Positions 63,514 through 64,000 of a stretch of 64,000 nt of DNA are shown here, in pieces. A model generated the notes under the pieces. It was not told the DNA's origin. It searched no databases and was given only the letters and a program-made list of their open reading frames with translations. Made by a program: the position numbers and the translations under genes. Numbering within the stretch: the first letter of the stretch is position 1; each line of letters opens with the position of its first letter. The DNA comes from an uncultured Chloroflexia bacterium (GTDB taxonomy: Bacteria > Chloroflexota > Limnocylindria > Limnocylindrales > CSP1-4), in contig CAWIQP010000004.1 of assembly GCA_963838285.1 (NCBI GenBank), forward strand, positions 397,752 through 461,751. The letters run 5' to 3'.

Positions 63514-63769
63514 CCATTCATCCTTTCGAGGTCGCGAGTTGCCCGGGCTCAGCCTACTGCGCGCCGTCCACGAACGGCGGGAGGTCGAGGCCGCGGTGTT
63601 GTAGCAGCGACGCCCGGACGCCGCGCCTCACTTCCGGGCTCGACACGTACTGAACCTGAGCCCCGCGCCGGGCTGCTCTTCGCCAATCCTGGAGCGGATC
63701 CCGGGCCTGAAGTACGATCGCGACCACGGAACGCGAGTGCTTCGCTCGCCGGCAAGCGCGGAGTCTTCG

Positions 63770-64000
63770 ATGACAGCCACACGAGTCGGGATCGTCGGGG
63801 CAGGTTGGGTCACCAGGGTGCACCTGCGAGTTCTCGCGGGCTTCGACGACGTCCGGGTCGTCGGCGTCGCGTCGCGCAATCCGGAGTCGGGAGGCAGATT
63901 GGCCGAGGCTGCCGGCGCCCGCCTCTATCCCGACTATCGATCGATGCTCGACGTGGCCGAGCTGGACGCCGTCTTCGTGTGCCTGCCGCCCTACGCCGCG
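63770..64000 (+). CDS. Gfo/Idh/MocA-family oxidoreductase (3' end truncated by the window edge)
   Basis: N-terminal Rossmann VGIVGAGWVTRVHL. Confidence 0.75.
   Translation, partial: MTATRVGIVGAGWVTRVHLRVLAGFDDVRVVGVASRNPESGGRLAEAAGARLYPDYRSMLDVAELDAVFVCLPPYAA

Overview
High-GC (~70%) chromosomal segment from an actinomycete-like bacterium. It is mostly core metabolism. Recognised loci: a 5'-truncated MenA-like prenyltransferase, a CPBP protease, a class-III aminotransferase and glutamate synthase gltB-gltD. Also present are signal peptidase I, a maltose O-acetyltransferase and an ArsR-AHSA1 regulator followed by a small Cys-rich ORF and an aldehyde dehydrogenase. A luciferase-like F420-dependent oxidoreductase is present. 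A long minus-strand alpha-xyloside/xylose locus has the order LacI regulator, sugar ABC transporter, two tandem GH31 alpha-xylosidases; xylA is transcribed divergently from it. Further along are two adenosine-deaminase-family paralogs flanking a polar amino-acid ABC transporter. The window also holds lipA, an E2 acyltransferase and lpdA, then PEP carboxylase, a DCC thiol-disulfide oxidoreductase, a GGDEF protein, a CpaE/Ssd-like ATPase and a Ddn-like F420 nitroreductase. Two tRNAs are on the minus strand: tRNA-Arg(TCT) and tRNA-Glu(CTC). Unusual points: (i) a 48-bp direct repeat of the 3' end of tRNA-Arg delimits a ~2-kb lower-GC islet carrying an ECF sigma/anti-sigma pair but no integrase. 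(ii) An orphan N6/N4 DNA methyltransferase lies between the two tRNAs. (iii) Four conserved genes (lepB, aldH, ppc, the GGDEF gene) each carry a single-nucleotide frameshift at a G/C run. (iv) Several intergenic tandem-repeat arrays resemble MIRU/VNTR minisatellites. (v) The lacI-xylA intergenic region carries a tandem half-site plus perfect palindrome operator. I see no CRISPR array and no complete phage.
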